A stretch of DNA of 63,105 bases, the filler included, from Octopus bimaculoides (lineage: Eukaryota), in the NCBI RefSeq assembly GCF_001194135.2. It is 6 parts of 6 records of this genome, joined end to end, with 100 filler letters (N's around TTAATTAATTAA, not from the genome) between each part and the next. Parts side by side here need not be neighbours in the genome. Positions count along the whole stretch, not along the records: positions 59,645 to 63,105 come from NC_068989.1; 5 more parts are not named here. The stretch is one strand, 5' to 3'. Positions 62,995 through 63,105 of the stretch are shown here, piece after piece. Position 1 is the stretch's first letter. Each line of letters begins with the position of its first letter. The notes below the pieces were generated by a model. That model ran no database searches. It saw only the letters and a list, made by a program, of their open reading frames with translations, and was not told the origin of the DNA. Position numbers and translations under genes: made by a program.

Positions 62995-63105
62995 ATATAT
63001 TGCCTCTCCTGCTCTCTCTGCCAATCCCTGTACATCGGACAAACGGGGCGCCGCCTGGCCGACCGATTCGCGGAACACCTCCGAGATATCAACGTCGGCA
63101 ATGAC
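62995..63105 (+). mobile_element. Penelope-like element GIY-YIG endonuclease fragment (runs off the window end)
   Basis: IYCLSCSLCQSLYIGQTGRRLADRFAEHLRDINVGND: GIY-YIG signature with CxxC insertion and YIGQT-x-R-x3-RF-x-EH, as in Penelope-like retroelements. Confidence 0.88.

Overview
Repeat-dense, AT-rich, gappy eukaryotic genomic window, most likely from an octopus or other coleoid cephalopod. That assignment is an inference from the two abundant tRNA-derived SINE families and the microsatellite load. It is a multi-contig scaffold: five exactly 100-bp gaps (44 N + TTAATTAATTAA + 44 N) are artificial joins, so long-range linkage is uncertain. No complete host gene can be supported, and almost all ORFs in the supplied track are microsatellite or N artefacts. 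Recognisable content is decayed mobile DNA: a mariner (DD34D-type) 3' end, a DD37D/maT element with both TIRs and a nested RTE LINE, a Chapaev3-like 5' end, a non-autonomous Helitron-like element, a deleted Tx1/L1-clade LINE, RTE, CR1/L2 and R4/Dong-type LINE fragments, a Penelope GIY-YIG fragment at the right edge, and many SINEs. There are also a few isolated, well-bounded candidate exons of unknown protein(s) and a promoter/first-exon-like island near 58.4-58.8 kb. The best leads are (i) minimal hammerhead-ribozyme-like motifs at 60.5-61.8 kb, just upstream of the Penelope GIY-YIG, plus Penelope-like direct-repeat/hairpin modules at 40.8-41.1, 45.4 and 53.4-53.8 kb; (ii) two independent tandem amplifications of the same SINE tRNA head (a 63-bp minisatellite and a 4x A-box array); (iii) several long potential dsRNA hairpins relevant to cephalopod A-to-I editing; and (iv) orphan exons. 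I found no evidence strong enough to claim a new biological system. These are leads, all from manual reading without database searches.
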